In this document: one piece after another, positions 39,487 through 52,161 of the stretch | How the letters are laid out: each line of letters opens with the position of its first letter | Numbering within the stretch: the first letter of the stretch is position 1 | Source of the DNA: Chiloscyllium plagiosum | Lineage: Eukaryota | Direction of reading: 5' to 3' | Length of the DNA stretch: 64,000 nucleotides | Assembly: GCF_004010195.1 (NCBI RefSeq) | Contig: NC_057719.1 | Location: forward strand, 11,222,507 to 11,286,506 | The notes under the pieces: model-generated | What the model saw: the letters and a program-made list of their open reading frames with translations, nothing else | The model's database searches: none | Told to the model about the DNA's origin: nothing | Position numbers and translations under genes: made by a program

Positions 39487-40200
39487 ATAGTGTTGTAGAA
39501 CAGAGAAATCTAGTGGTTCAGGTACATAATTCTTTGAAATTTGCATCACAGGTAGACAGAGTGGTTAATAAGACGTTTAACATGTTTGTCTCCATTGCTC
39601 AGACCACTGAGGAAAGGAGTTCTGACATCATGTTGAGGTTGTGTAGGACATTGATGAGGCCTCTTCTGAAGTTCTGGTCCCCCTGTCGTAGGAAAGGTAT
39701 TATTAAACTGGGGGGCGGGGGGGGGGGGGGGGGTTCAGAGAAGATTTACCAGGGTGTTGCAGGAATGGAGGGTTTGAGTTAGGAGAGGCTGGGACTTCTT
39801 TCACTGAGCGTAGGAGGTTGAGAGGTGACCCTATAAACGTTTATAAAATCTTAAGGAGCATAGATAAGGTGAATAGCAAAAGTTTTTTTTTCCATAAGGT
39901 GTGGGAGTTCAAAAGTAGGGGGCATATTTTTAAGGTGAAAGGAGAAAGATTTAAAAAGGACATGAGGGACAACCTTCTTTACACAGAGAGTGGCTCCTGT
40001 GTGGAATGAACTGCACGAGGAAGTGGTGGATGTGGGCACTGTTACAACATTCAAAAGACATTTGGATAAGTACATGAATAGGAAAGGTTTGGAGGGAAAT
40101 GGGCCAAATGCAGGCAGGTGGCACTAGTTTAATTTGGGAACATGGTCAATGTGGACTAGTTGAACTGAAGGGTCTGCTTCCATGCTGTATGACTCTATGA
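39487..40200 (+). mobile_element. CR1 3' fragment
   Basis: VQVHNSLKFASQVDRVV; RGDPINVYKILRSIDKV; tail catgctgtatgactctatga. Confidence 0.9.
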
Positions 40201-40614
40201 TCCTTTGGTCAAAGAAGTAGGTTTTAAGGAACGATTCAAAAGCGAAGGTTAAAGAGAGAGGGTTGAAGCAGGCCTGCGTGTGACCCAGGAGTGAATTCAG
40301 TGAGGTTAAAGAAAGCAGTGAAAGTGCAGAGGTTCCAGAATCGGACAGACTGGGACAGATCTACTTCAACAAAATCAAAGTGAAATGTGACAGGGGAGTG
40401 GGAGGTAATTGCCTCATAACTGGATATTAATTTGAGATCATATGTACAGTTTCAAAACTTTTCACAGCTACGTAATATTTCAGAATTGCAAAACTAAATT
40501 CTTTGCATGATACAAGGGGTTCTAGTTTGTTATATGACAGAAACAACAAGAAGGCTTTTCCAGTCTGCACTTAAGTAGGAGTAAAGGTAAAATATAGGCA
40601 AAGCTCCATATTTA

Positions 40615-40732
40615 TTCAGTTGAATTGAATTTATTGTCCCGTGTACCGAGGCACAGTGAAAAGCTTTGTCATGCGAGCGATACAGGCAGATCACATAGTT
40701 AAGTAGCATAGATAGTAAATAATAGGTAAAGG
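40615..40732 (-). mobile_element. Rex1 LINE extreme 3' end
   Basis: ttgaattgaatttattgtcccgtgtaccgaggcacag is the reverse complement of the tail at 12686-12730. Confidence 0.85.
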
Positions 40733-40872
40733 TATAGTTAAAGTGTTTCTGTGGAGCTCAGGCCCATGATTTGCACATCCTGCTCTATATAGGAATCCTC
40801 AACATTGCAGGCATGTGTGCAGGAGAGGCCTCTGCCTGGGCAGCCTAGGTTCCTAGGGAATAGGTCTCCTCA

Positions 40873-41090
40873 AGCAAACGTGAGGACTGCAGATGCTGGA
40901 AACCAGAGCCTAGATTAGAATGGCGCTGGAAAAGCAAAGCAGGTCAGGCAGCATCCGAGGAGCAGGAAAATTGATTTTTCGGGCATTCCCTTCAGGAATG
41001 CTGAAGGGCTTTTGCCTGAAACGTCGATTTTCCTGCTCCTCAGATGCTGCCTGACCTGCTGAGCTTTTCCAGCACCACTCTAATCTAGAC
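40873..41090. mobile_element. Fold-back PLE-derived short element (family A) with a 14-bp TSD
   Basis: TSD aataggtctcctca at 40859-40872 and 41091-41104; inverted arms around 40998; hammerhead cores disrupted. Confidence 0.93.
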
Positions 41091-41511
41091 AATAGGTCTC
41101 CTCACCAGAGCTTATATGCTCCAAACACTTTTCTATCTTATTCTTTCATCTTTTCTCACTTTTCTCTACCTTTCTTTTGGTTCTGTGGTCTTTGGAGTTC
41201 AGTCATGGGCGCCCGCTGGGAGGCTTTGACTGTTGGCCACGAGGCAGCTGGTCATGGTCAGTGGCATCGCACCTTCATCGCTATCCAGAGCGGTGCAGGA
41301 ACGGCAGTCTGCAGCAAGGTGGCTGACGTGGCAATGGAGCATGGCAGTGGCTAGGACCCAGCATGGATGGTGGTAGTGGCCGCCGGCAACGATGGGGTGG
41401 TTGCGGCGTGGCTGGGCATGCCCAATGGAGGTGGGCAGCGTCGGTGGGAGGCAAAGGGACCGGTGAACCCAGGTTAGCCTGAGCCCAATGCAAGAAAGCA
41501 TACCCAGAGCA

Positions 41512-41843
41512 GGGTGGCACATTGGCTCAGTGGTTAGCACTGCTGCCTGACTATGCCAGGACCCAGGTTTGATTCCAGCCTCAGGCGACTGTCTTGTGGA
41601 GTTTGCACATTCTCCCCATGTCTGTGTGGGTTTCCTCTGGTTTCCTTCCACAGTCCAAAGATGTGCAGGTCAGGTGAATTGGCCATGCTAAATTTCCCAT
41701 AGTGTTCAGGGATGTGTAGGTTAGGTGCATTAGTCAGGGGTAAATATAGAGTGGGAAATGGGTCTGGGTGGGTTACTCTTCAGAAGGACAGTTTGGACTT
41801 ATTGGGCTGAAGGGCCTGTTTCCACACTGCAGGGATTCTATGA
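41512..41843 (+). mobile_element. HE1-like V-SINE
   Basis: Complete head, V-domain and tail. Confidence 0.93.
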
Positions 41844-41849
41844 AACAGA

Positions 41850-42130
41850 TTTAGAGATACCGGTGTTGGACTGGGGTGTACAAAGTTAAAAATCACATAA
41901 CATCAGGTTATAGTCCAACAGATTTATTTGGAACCACTAGCTTTCAGAGTGCTGCTCCTCCATCAGGTGGATGTGGTGTTTAACACTGTAAGACACAGAA
42001 TTTACATTAAAAATTTACAGTGTGATGTAACTGAAATGATACATTGAAAAGGACCTGGATTGTTTGTTAAGTCTCTCATCTTTTAGAACGAACATGTTGG
42101 TTTCAGTTCTTTCATATGTAAATTATAAAA
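41850..42130 (-). mobile_element. PLE 3' terminal fragment (family B)
   Basis: ggtgttggactggggtgtacaaagttaaaaatcac...cactagctttcagagtgctgctcctccatcaggtgg (mutated hammerhead on the minus strand). Confidence 0.82.
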
Positions 42131-42464
42131 CATTTAAAAGTTATATTAAACGTTAAGAGAAAGGAGTTGCAAATGGTTATTAGTTAATATTCTGTTAGAC
42201 TTAAAAGTAATCAATTTTTGGAATAGTTTTTGGAATAGTTCTTTGCCTTTCAAACTTTAACAGATTACAGCCCGGGGTGAATCTTAACTACGCTGCTGGT
42301 TTAAATTAGCAGAGATGTTTACCCCGTGTCATAACAGTTAAAATTCTAGAGGCAAAGAACTATCCCAAAAGTCACTATTTTAAAGTAAAAATTGACAACT
42401 TTAAGTCCAACACAGAATATTAACAGATGCTCTAGCTGTTTTGACCAAATCTTACATTGTTACC

Positions 42465-43810
42465 ACGTTCTGGACTCTGTGCTTCTCTAAGTCCTTGCTA
42501 GCTATTCAACTTTCTTGAAGGTACATTACCTCTATACCTTCATAACAAGACTATTATAACCAATACATGCACTATCTCTGCTGCCTTATCCTTTAAAACC
42601 GTAGGATATAGACAATCAAACCCGAGGGACTTTAATTCCAATAGTTTGCTTAGTACTTTTTCCCTAATGATTACTATTGTTTTAAGCTCCTCCTTTTCTA
42701 TAACATCTACATAACCCATATCATCCCAATAGTAACTCATCTCTTCCACTTTGGAAACTGAGGCAAAATACAGATTTAGCATCTTTGCTATTTCTCTGTT
42801 TCTTAATATTAACTCTCCTATCTCATCCTCCAAGGTACCAACATTCAATTTAGCTAGTCTGTTTCTTTTTATAGACTAATACAAGCTCTTGCTATCTTTT
42901 TTTCATTTTTTTTCGTTAGCTTGCTTTCACAATTTACCTTTGCCCTTTTTGTTAATTTTTCTTTGTAGCCTTTTGCTGATCTTTAAAAGTTCCAGCCTGC
43001 CACTGAGTTTTGCAATATGATATGGCTTGATTTTATGCGTTTATGTTACCTTTCACTTCCTTACTTAGCCATGGATGCTTTTCCTCCCTCTTACAACCTT
43101 TCTTCTTCTTTGGAATATGTTATAGTCAGGAGGAATTGAATATCTCTTTAAACATCTACTACTGTTAATCAACTGTCCTACCTTTTGTCTTCCAACCCAG
43201 TCCACGAGGGCCAAATCTATACTTATGCCAATGTAATTGCATTTGTTTAAATGTGTGACTCCAGTTTGTCACCCTCAAACTGAATTGAAAGTCTAGCATG
43301 CAATGATCACTTTTCCCTAGAGGATCTTTGACTATGGGATCATTAGTTAATTCCATCTCGTAGCGCAATATCAAATCCAGAATTGCCTGCTCTCTGGTTG
43401 GTTTTATAATATGTTGCTTAACAAATTCAATAATTCTCCCTCAAGGGTACCCTCAACAGTTTTGATTAATCCAGACGATATGTATTTTATATTAAAATGA
43501 ACCAAGATATGTTTCATATAAACCCTCAGTATTTCTTGGTTCATACTGTGCCTTACTGCAGAACTGCTATTTAAGGACCACAGATTACTCCTACAAGGGA
43601 CGTCTTTCCCTTGCTACTTCTTAATTTTGTACAGATTGACTCTGTGTCTTGAAAGGCACTGGTGGTATCATTGTGTACTACAGCACTGATCTCCGTCTTC
43701 ACTCTAACAAAGCCACACCATCTCTTTTTCCTTACTGACTTCTGCTGACCCAGGAGACATGGGGATGGTCCTCAGCTAATACTTTGCTTCAGTTTCAAGA
43801 GAGTGTGTGA

Positions 43811-43855
<45 letters not shown>

Positions 43856-44100
43856 GAGAGAGAGACCTTTCAGCTTCCCAAGTGATGGCGTCTATATTCA
43901 CCTTTGCCCCCTGACTCTCTTGAATTTCTGGTATGTTGATGCAGTCTTCCACTGTGAAAACTGATGCAAAGTACCTATTCAGTTCTCCCACCATTTCTTT
44001 GTTCCCATTATTACTTCTCTCGCCTTATTTTTCAGTGGTCCAATGTCGACTCTTGCCTCTGCCTTACTTTTTATACATGTAAAAAAAACACTTGCAATCT
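42465..44100 (-). mobile_element. Decayed CR1 ORF2 fragments (endonuclease end and linker)
   Basis: DPLGKSDHCMLDF; EIAKMLNLYFASV; ELNRYFASVFTVED. Confidence 0.8.
43813..43865. repeat. (GA)n microsatellite with a G run
   Basis: Seen directly. Confidence 0.95.
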
Positions 44101-44104
44101 TCAG

Positions 44105-45100
44105 GTAGGAAGCAAAGGCAAATGGTGAAGGAATGTTTCTGTGACTGGAAATCTATTTACAATGTGATTCTGTAGGGCTTCCTACGAGAATCCTTGCTGT
44201 TTGCAGTGTACACTAATGACTTGGCCTTAGGTGTAGTGGGTTATAAATAATAGATGACACAAAAATTGGAAGGGTGGTAAATAACGATGAAGATTCCGCA
44301 TGTTGTAGGAGGATATCAATGGATTGATCAGGTGGGCACAGAGTAGCAAATGTAATGCAACCAAGAAAAACGTGAGATAATGCACTTGGAAAAACATGCA
44401 ATTCCACTATGAAGAATAGGGTCCTGGAAGGAACGGAAAATCAGAGGGGCCTTTCGTAAAGCTTATTCACAGATACCTTAAGGTAGTAGGACAGTTAGAT
44501 ATATGGAGGTTGAGAAGGTCTATGGGACATTTGCCTTTATTAGCTTAGGTATGGGAGAGCAAGGAGGTTATGTTGAAACCGTACAAAAGTTGGCAAAGCC
44601 ACAACTGGTTACTGCATGTAGTCTGGTCATCACGTTATGGAGATATTGTCTGGCATGCTGAGTCTGAGATAAGAGGAAAGATTGGATAGACTGAGCTTGT
44701 TTTTCTTGGAGCATTAAAGGTTAAGGGAGGACCTGATAAAGATGTATAAGATAATGGGGGGGGGGGGGGAACATGGATAGAATGGAGAGGAAGATACTTT
44801 TTTCATTAAGTTAAGATATTAGTTATGAGTTGACATAGATTTAAGACTATGAGGTAGAAGACTATAGGAGAACTAAGGAGAAGTTTCTCCCATTCAAAGG
44901 GTGGTGTGAGTCTGTAACTCACTGCCTGAAAGAGTGGTCATAAACCCTCATTACATTTAAATGTTTGCTAGCATTGCCATAACCTCCAGGGCTATGGGCC
45001 AAGAGCTGGAAAATGAGATCAAGGTAGTCAGATCTTTGTTGACCACCAAAGATATGATGGGCTTAATGGCATTTGTCTATACTATAAACATCGAAGAATC
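44105..45100 (+). mobile_element. Old CR1 fragment
   Basis: gatgacacaaaaattggaagggtgg (DDTKIG) and degenerate downstream ORF2 and 3' UTR. Confidence 0.8.
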
Positions 45101-46394
45101 TAAGCATGGATGAATTTGAGGCAGAGTTCCTGGAGGATTGTTGGCCTGGTGGAGGCTATAGAAACAGGGAGGGGGCAAAGCCAAGGAGGAATTTAAGCAC
45201 CAAGATTGAGATTGTTAAAAATCACACTAAAGGAATAGTACTGCTTAAAAGTGCAATAATATTACAGTAATGAAGCAGAAATAAACAAACAAAAACACAA
45301 ATGTTACAAGTTTTTAATCTGTAGAGCAAATGACAACCAAAGCACCTGAATTGATTTAATTTGAGCACCGAAGTAGTAATTAATTACTGTTTCTCATGAT
45401 TAACTATAACCAGAAAACGATGACTTACAAGAACTGCCATTCCCTCAGCCCAGAGGAAAATAAATAGCTTGCATGGTTGGATTTTCACTCGTAGAACAAT
45501 AGAATCTTACAGCACAAAAGGGGGCCCTTTAACCTATCACTCCTGTCGATTGAAACGTCTATTTAATTAGAATCATATACCCTGCTTTTTCCCAATAGCC
45601 CTGCATATCTTACTTCCTCGTGAAGTATAGATCCACTATTTTCCGTTTCCTTCAAATAAATTCACTAATTTTGAACAGCCACCAGCACAATTCTCAAGGT
45701 GCTGCTCACGGTTGTTTTGGGGGCCAGAGTATGATTCGAATTGTTACTCCAGTCCTACTACAGAATGAACACAAGGTCAACTTTATAGAAACTATCATAT
45801 GATGTATACCAATAAAATTATTACACAATACTGAAAGAAACTAAAATATCATCTTTGCATTTATATTTACTTATTACATTAATAAAGCAGCAAATGTTGT
45901 TCTCACCCCAATTATTTCACTGAACTATCACCTCTTGGCCTGAACTCAGATGGCTTTTATGCACAGTGGTCCAAACCTCACTCAATGTCCAAACACAGGC
46001 ATTATTCACTAAAGAATTCAGAGGTTAAAAATTACATTACTTTAGCGCATTGTTATTTCCAGCTTATCCTTCAATGTTGTCCACTTAGCATCATACTTTC
46101 AGTGAAAGCAAGATCCAGTGAAAGTGAGTTATTAAGGTGTGCTAGTTTTGGAACCTGAATTAAGCCTGTATTGAGTGGAGCAGCTGAGAGGAAATGAACG
46201 CTACATTCTGTTGACTTAAGCAAATGAGACACGATGTATATCATTGAAATATTCACAATTTATTTCCCAATGAATTATTTAATAGTTTATTTTGCTATAA
46301 CTATATGATGATTCACATTGTCAAACAGCATCTACAGGGATTCATTAAAAGTACTTTAAGGTAAAATTAACAGGGAACAAATTCACATTAATGC

Positions 46395-46780
46395 TGCACT
46401 TTTCACAAGAAGTCCCACAGCTTTTCACAGAAAATGAAATATTTGTCAAACATGGTCACTGCAGTTAGGCAGTATCCAATTTGATCATTTTAATAAAAGA
46501 ACTGCAAGATAGCTGGTCAGATAGTCTTTTTCTGTTGTGTTGGTAGAACAAGGCGTCTTGTTAATGCATCTCTTATTTTTGTAACACAGCTCTGGAATGC
46601 TTTTATGCCTGTTCAGGCAAGTGGAGACATGCCTCAGATGAAAGCTGGAGTCTCCACAGTACAGCTCAGCACCAAACATTCAGACTAGATGATGTGCTCA
46701 ATGTCCTGTTGTGGGATATCAACCCATTAGCTTATGACCCATCGAGACAAGCATCGAGCAAGTCACCACAAAACCAGCTG
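46395..46780 (-). mobile_element. DeuSINE, degenerate
   Basis: Collinear similarity to the 38355 and 18858 copies. Confidence 0.5.
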
Positions 46781-46974
46781 GCACTAGGGGTACAGTCAGA
46801 GTTTTGTTCCAGAGTAGGCAATGCAAGACAGTTCCACAATGTTGATCAAGTTTTTTTATATTTATTCATTCATGGGATGAGGGCATCGCTGGCTAGGCAG
46901 CATTTATTGCCCATCCCTAATTGCCCAGAGGGCAGTTAAGAGTCAGCCACATTGCTATAGGTCTACTATCTTGA

Positions 46975-47780
46975 TCTCTTTTAATCTTTCTCCACTCACC
47001 TTAAAAGTATGCTCCATAGTTTAGAACTCCCCTACCCTAGGGGAAATATCTTTGCTATTCACCTTGTCCACATCCCTCATGATTTTATAAACCTCTACAA
47101 GGTCACCCCTCAACCTCCTACATTCCAGTCCCAGCTTATCCAGCCTCTCTTTATAACTCAAACCCTCTAGTCCCGGCAAACCCCTGGTACCGAACCCTCT
47201 CCAATTTATGATTTGGAAGAGCCGGTGTTGGACTGGGGCGAACAAAGTTAAAAATCACACAACACCAGATTATAGTCCCACAGGTTTATTTGGAAGCACT
47301 AGCTTTTGGAGCGCTGCTCCTTCATCAGGTGGTTGTGGACACTACAAAGAAGGAGCAGCGCTCTGAAAGGTAGTGCTTCCAAATAAACTCATTGGACTAT
47401 AACTTGGTGTTGTGTGATTTTTAACTCTCCACTTTAGTAATAGCCTTCAACTAGAAGGGTGACCAGAATTCTACACAGCACTCCAAATGTGGCCTCACCA
47501 TCTTCCTGTACAAACTCAACATGACGTCCCTGATCCAAGCAATGAAGGGAACATGCTAACCACCTTCCTAACCACCCTGTCTACCAATGATGCAACTTTG
47601 AAAGAACGATGTATCTGAACTCCTAAGCCTCTCTGTTCTGCAACATTATCCAGGGCCCTACCATTAACTGTATAACTCCTGCCCTTGTTCACTTTACCAA
47701 AATGCAATACCTCGCACTTACCCAAAGTAAATTCCATCTGCGACTCCTGGGCCCAATGGCCCAACAGATTGACCATTGGG
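46975..47780 (-). mobile_element. CR1 fragment interrupted by a family B palindrome
   Basis: LPGLEGLSYKERLDKLGL; KCEVLHFGK. Confidence 0.88.
47210..47425. mobile_element. Fold-back PLE-derived short element (family B)
   Basis: Inverted arms; minus strand reads cac-CTGATGA-A-GGAGC agc GCTCC-AAAA-GC-TA-gtg; imperfect TSD ctctccaattta / ctctccacttta. Confidence 0.9.
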
Positions 47781-48314
47781 CACAAGGAAGAATTACAACG
47801 ATCAAAAATAATGGAATGTTACAGCACTTGGCCCATCATGCCGGTGTAAGCTCAGTAGTAGAGACATTTAATTAGACCCAAATCCAAAAATAAAAAGCAA
47901 ATCAATATGGACTTTGCTATTTACTCTCTTTTGACCTCAGTCCTATTCCAGGCTCTTGATTTTGTTACTTATCCCATTCTTCGTTTTCAATCGGATATAA
48001 CCTACCACATTTCAACCTTCTTTCAGTTCTGAACAAGAATGAAGTCAAAATTTGAAATGTTAACACCGTTTTTCTCTCTCCACAGTTGCTACCAGACCTA
48101 CTGAGATTGATATCAACACATTCTCAACATGTGTCATGTCAGTATCACTAAAGAACGTTCACATAAGAATCTAAACTCTTTTGTTACATTCATCGAGCAA
48201 GAGTATGTTTACAGGGCAAACACTTTAAACTTGTGCCATCGACAAGACAAGAAAATCTTTGGAGTGTAAACATTTTAAACTGATGCCATATATCAACATG
48301 AGACAAGAATATGA

Positions 48315-48414
48315 AATTCTGATGAAGATTCACCAGATCTGAAATATTAACTCGGTTTTCTCCCCACAGATGCTGCCAAACCTTGGTGAGTTTCTCCAGC
48401 AATTTCTGTCTTTG
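48315..48414 (+). mobile_element. PLE-derived short element (family C) with an intact hammerhead core
   Basis: AATT-CTGATGA-AGAT tcaccag ATCT-GAAA-TA-TT-AACT followed by cacagatgctgcc...tttctccagcaatttctg; a more decayed copy lies near 48020-48110. Confidence 0.78.
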
Positions 48415-49441
48415 ATTAAATTATAAGGACTCTAAATCCACAGGAGAACTCACTAGTGAGCATTCGCTCTTCTTTGAACTAGCCTGCAATAAAAACATAA
48501 TGAGATTTCAGACTGCATTAAAATCAATTATTTTCAGTCAACGTCTTAATTAATTCTACTTATTTTTCACCAGATAAAAATCATTCATGCTTTGTATAAA
48601 CAGGAGTTATTCCTAATAATACCAACAGGATATCAGTAATTTCACACTAGTGACGCCAACTTAATTGCAACTTTACCTTTTTCAAGTTATCAAGTTAAGC
48701 CTCCACACAGCTTATGCATTTCACATCACAGGAAGCAATGTTTAACAAATATATTTCTAGTTAGTATCAGTGCTTATAATAAAAAAAAGGTGAGACCATC
48801 AGTTTTTGTTGCACATTTAAAATTACAGGACCCTTTGCACAAAGCCTGGGTTATGCAGCAATGTTAGTGCCACCGATTTTAAGATCAGTGTTTTCACTTC
48901 CGGCAGCATCAAAGCGCGCAGCGAGCTACTGACTTATCCTTTCATGGTACTTTTCACATTTCAGATTTTAATAATCAAGCTCGTTATATATACTGTGCCC
49001 CGTAAGGAACACAAATTCAAATCAAAGCCAAGATTGTCTGTTATACTTCGTATTGAACAACACAACTTACGAACAATCAACTCTGAACAGCATTCTGCTC
49101 AATGAGTCGGCTCCATAGCTCATTGCTGATCTAATAATCTTCAACTCCACTTTCCTGTCATTTCCCTATATTCTCTGCATTCCCTTACTGATTAAAAATC
49201 TCTTTAACTCAGCCTTCAATATATTCAGAGTCATAGAGGTCAACAGCAGAGAAAAAGGCCTTTTAGCCCATCGTGTCCATACCAGTCGAAAACATCAGCT
49301 AACTGTTCTCATCTCACTTTCCAGGATTTGGCCCATAGCCTTGTGTGCCTTAGCATACATTGGCAGAGTTAGCCATAAGAAAGAGTGGAGATAGGTTGCA
49401 CTGAGGATAGTTTCAGTCATAGAACAAGAGGCAAACAACCA

Positions 49442-49526
49442 GGGCTCGTCTGGAGTTTAAACCCAGGATTTCTCATAAACCAGTACTCTACACGTCCCAA
49501 GGCAAGAATCATACACTTGGACTAAC
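49442..49526 (-). pseudogene. Intron-containing tRNA-Pro(UGG) pseudogene
   Basis: Minus strand gttagtccaagtgtatgattcttgcct-TGG-g-[acgtgtagagtactggtt]-tatgagaaatcctgggtttaaactccagacgagccc aligns to the recalled vertebrate tRNA-Pro with an 18-nt insert after position 37; the first 5 nt are missing and the stems are decayed. Confidence 0.8.
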
Positions 49527-49855
49527 ATAGAACATAGAACATAGAACATAGAAGAATACAGCGCAGTACAGGCCCTTTGGCCCTCGATGTTGCGCCGATC
49601 CAAGCCCACCTAACCTATACTAACCCACTATCCTCCATATACCTATCCAATGCCCGCTTAAATGCCCATAAAGAGGGAGAGTACACCACTGCTACTGGCA
49701 GGGCATTCCATGAACTTACGACACGCTGAGTGAAGAACCTACCCCTAACTTCAGTCCTATATCTACCCCCCCTTAATTTAAAGCTATGCCCCCTTGACCA
49801 AAACTGCACACAATATTCCAGATGCGGCCGCACCAGAGTCTTATACAAATGCATC
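49525..49855 (-). mobile_element. CR1 3' fragment with an internal deletion and an (ACATAGA)n tail
   Basis: LYKTLVRPHLEYCVQFWS joined to RGHSFKLRGGRYRTEVRGRFFTQRVV. Confidence 0.92.
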
Positions 49856-49995
49856 ATGAAACATATCGATGAATACTTCCTGATCCAACTTTCACAGCCC
49901 TTTCTGGCAAAGAATTCCACAGATTCACTACTCTCCAAGAAAAGAAATTCCTCCCCGTACTCCATACTTCACAACCTTTCAGTTTGGCTGAACAT

Positions 49996-50250
49996 TCAGC
50001 CTTGGACGACTGTCTGTGTGGAGTTTGCACATTCTCCCCGTGTCTACGTGGGTTTCGTCCAGGTGCTCCGGTTTCCTCCCACAGTCCAAAGATGTGCAGG
50101 TCAGGTGGATTGGCCATGCTAAATGGCCCATCGTGTTAGGTGCATTAGTCAGAGGGAAATGGGTCTGGGTGGGTTATTATTCAGAGGGTCGGTGTGGACT
50201 TGTTGGGCCAAAGGGCCTGTTTCCACACTGTAGGGAATCTAATCTCATCC
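49996..50250 (+). mobile_element. HE1-like V-SINE, 5'-truncated
   Basis: V-domain and tail present, tRNA head missing. Confidence 0.9.
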
Positions 50251-50634
50251 ATTCTCTTCCCTTGGGATAGTCCTGCCTTAATTAAAATATTGGGTTATAT
50301 TCCAGAGTGCTTGGATTCATATCCCATCATTTAACTTTGGGAAATTGAATCTGTTTTACAATTCTGAAAATGTAAAGTCAGTAAGGACTCCAGATTGCTT
50401 TAAAAACACAACTAATTCACGAATATCCTTTAGTGAATGGAAAATATCATCCCCACCCAGTCTGGCCTACATTTGACTCTAATCCCATGCAAATATGATT
50501 GATTCAACTTTCTATTGAAGTGGCCAAGCAAATCACTGGTTAGTTGTATCAAACTCTAACCATTAAAGTGCAGGGCACTGTGGCACAGTAGTAGTATTCC
50601 TATCTCTGGGTCAGAAGGCCGAGGTTCAAATCCA

Positions 50635-50726
50635 GGGGTCAAAAAGTGTTCCACTGGAAAAATGCAGCTGGTCAGACAGCATCCAAGGAGCAGGAGAGTC
50701 AAAGTTTTGGGCCCTTCATCAGGAAT
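50635..50726 (-). mobile_element. PLE-derived short element (family A), single arm, 11-bp TSD
   Basis: TSD gttcaaatcca at 50624-50634 and 50727-50737; ends gcccttcatcaggaat. Confidence 0.85.
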
Positions 50727-51211
50727 GTTCAAATCCAACCTGTTTCAGAGCTGTGTCATAACATATCTGGATAGATTCATCAAAAGACATCGAAACTGAG
50801 GAATGGTCAGAAGTGTTTACCTTCCTTTTCCTTCTCTCCATTTTGGGCTAGGTAGCACAGTGGTAGTGTTACTACCTCTAGGCCAGAAGGTTCAAGTTCA
50901 ACTCCCATCTGCCTAGACGGGTATCATAATATGCCCAAACAGCTTGATTTACAAAGATTCAGAGATGATTATCCAGACATGATAATCTCCAATGAGAGAC
51001 TTTCCTTTGACCTCAATGGTATTAGCACCACTGAATCCCACACAATCAATACCCAGAGTGTTACTATTGACCAGAAACTGAACTGACTCGCCATATAAAA
51101 ACTGTGGCTATAACAGTAGGGTCAAAGGCTGAGAATTCTGCACTGAGTAACTCATATCCTTAAAACGTGCCCACCATTTACAAGGAATAAATCAGGAGTG
51201 CAATGGAATAC

Positions 51212-51964
51212 ACAGGTCAGGCAGCACCCAAAGAGCAGGAGAACTGATGTTTCAGGCATAAGCCCTTCATCACATTTCCTGTTGAAGGGCTTATGCCCGA
51301 AACATTGGTTCTCCTGCCCCTTGGATGCTATCTGACCTGCTGTGCTTTTCTAGCGCCACAGGGGCAGCAAAGTGTACCATGTACAAGAAAATCTGCAACA
51401 ACCCTTTTTTTCATGGAATCCTTAGAGTGTGGAAACAGGCCAGTCGGTGCACACTAACCCTGCAAAGAGCATCCCACCCAGACCCACCTCCCAAACCTAT
51501 CCTTGTAACCCCGCATTTTCCAATGGCTAACCCACCTGACCTACACATTCCTGAACATTACAGGCAGTGGGCGGCACGGTAGCACAGTGGTTAGCACTGC
51601 TGCCTCACAGCGCCAGAGACCCGGGTTCAATTCCCGACTCAGGCGACTGACTGTGTGGAGTTTGCACGTTCTCCCCGTGGCTGCGTGGGTTTCCTCCGGG
51701 TGCTCCGGTTTCCTCCCACAGTCCAAAGATGTGCAGCCCAGGTGAATTGGCCATGCTAAATTGCCCGTAGTGTTAGGTAAGGGGTAAATGTAGGGGTATG
51801 GGTGGGTTGCGCTACGGCGGGTCAGTGTGGACTTGTTGGGCCGAAGGGCCTGTTTCCACACTGTAATGTAATCTAATCTAATCTAATCTAATCTAATCTA
51901 ATCTAATCTAATGTAAAAACCTTTAGGCTCTGATCTCCAGCATCTGCAGTCCTCCCTTTCTCCC
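51212..51964. mobile_element. Fold-back PLE-derived element (family A) split by a 212-bp local copy plus a SINE
   Basis: Arms at 51212-51356; remainder ctctgatctccagcatctgcagtcctc at about 51925-51964; TSD agtgcaatggaatac / agtgtaatggaatac (51197-51211, 51965-51979). Confidence 0.85.
51569..51912 (+). mobile_element. HE1-like V-SINE, young copy with a long (AATCT)n tail
   Basis: CpG-rich complete copy. Confidence 0.96.
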
Positions 51965-52161
51965 AGTGTAATGGAATACTCCCCACTTGCCTGGGTGACT
52001 GCAGCTCCAAAAACATTAAAGAAAACTCGTCACCATCTAGGACAAAGCAATCCATTTGATTTGCACCCATCCACCATCTTCAGCATTCACTCCCACCATT
52101 ATCAATGCACAGGGGCAGCAAAGTGTACCATGTACAAGAAAATCTGCAACAACCCTTTTTT

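Noticed and set aside
51868..51912. Short tandem arrays ((AATCT)n, (ACATAGA)n, (ATTCA)n) as CRISPR or telomeric repeats
   Set aside because: They have no spacers and are the 3' tail microsatellites of SINE, CR1 and Rex1 elements.
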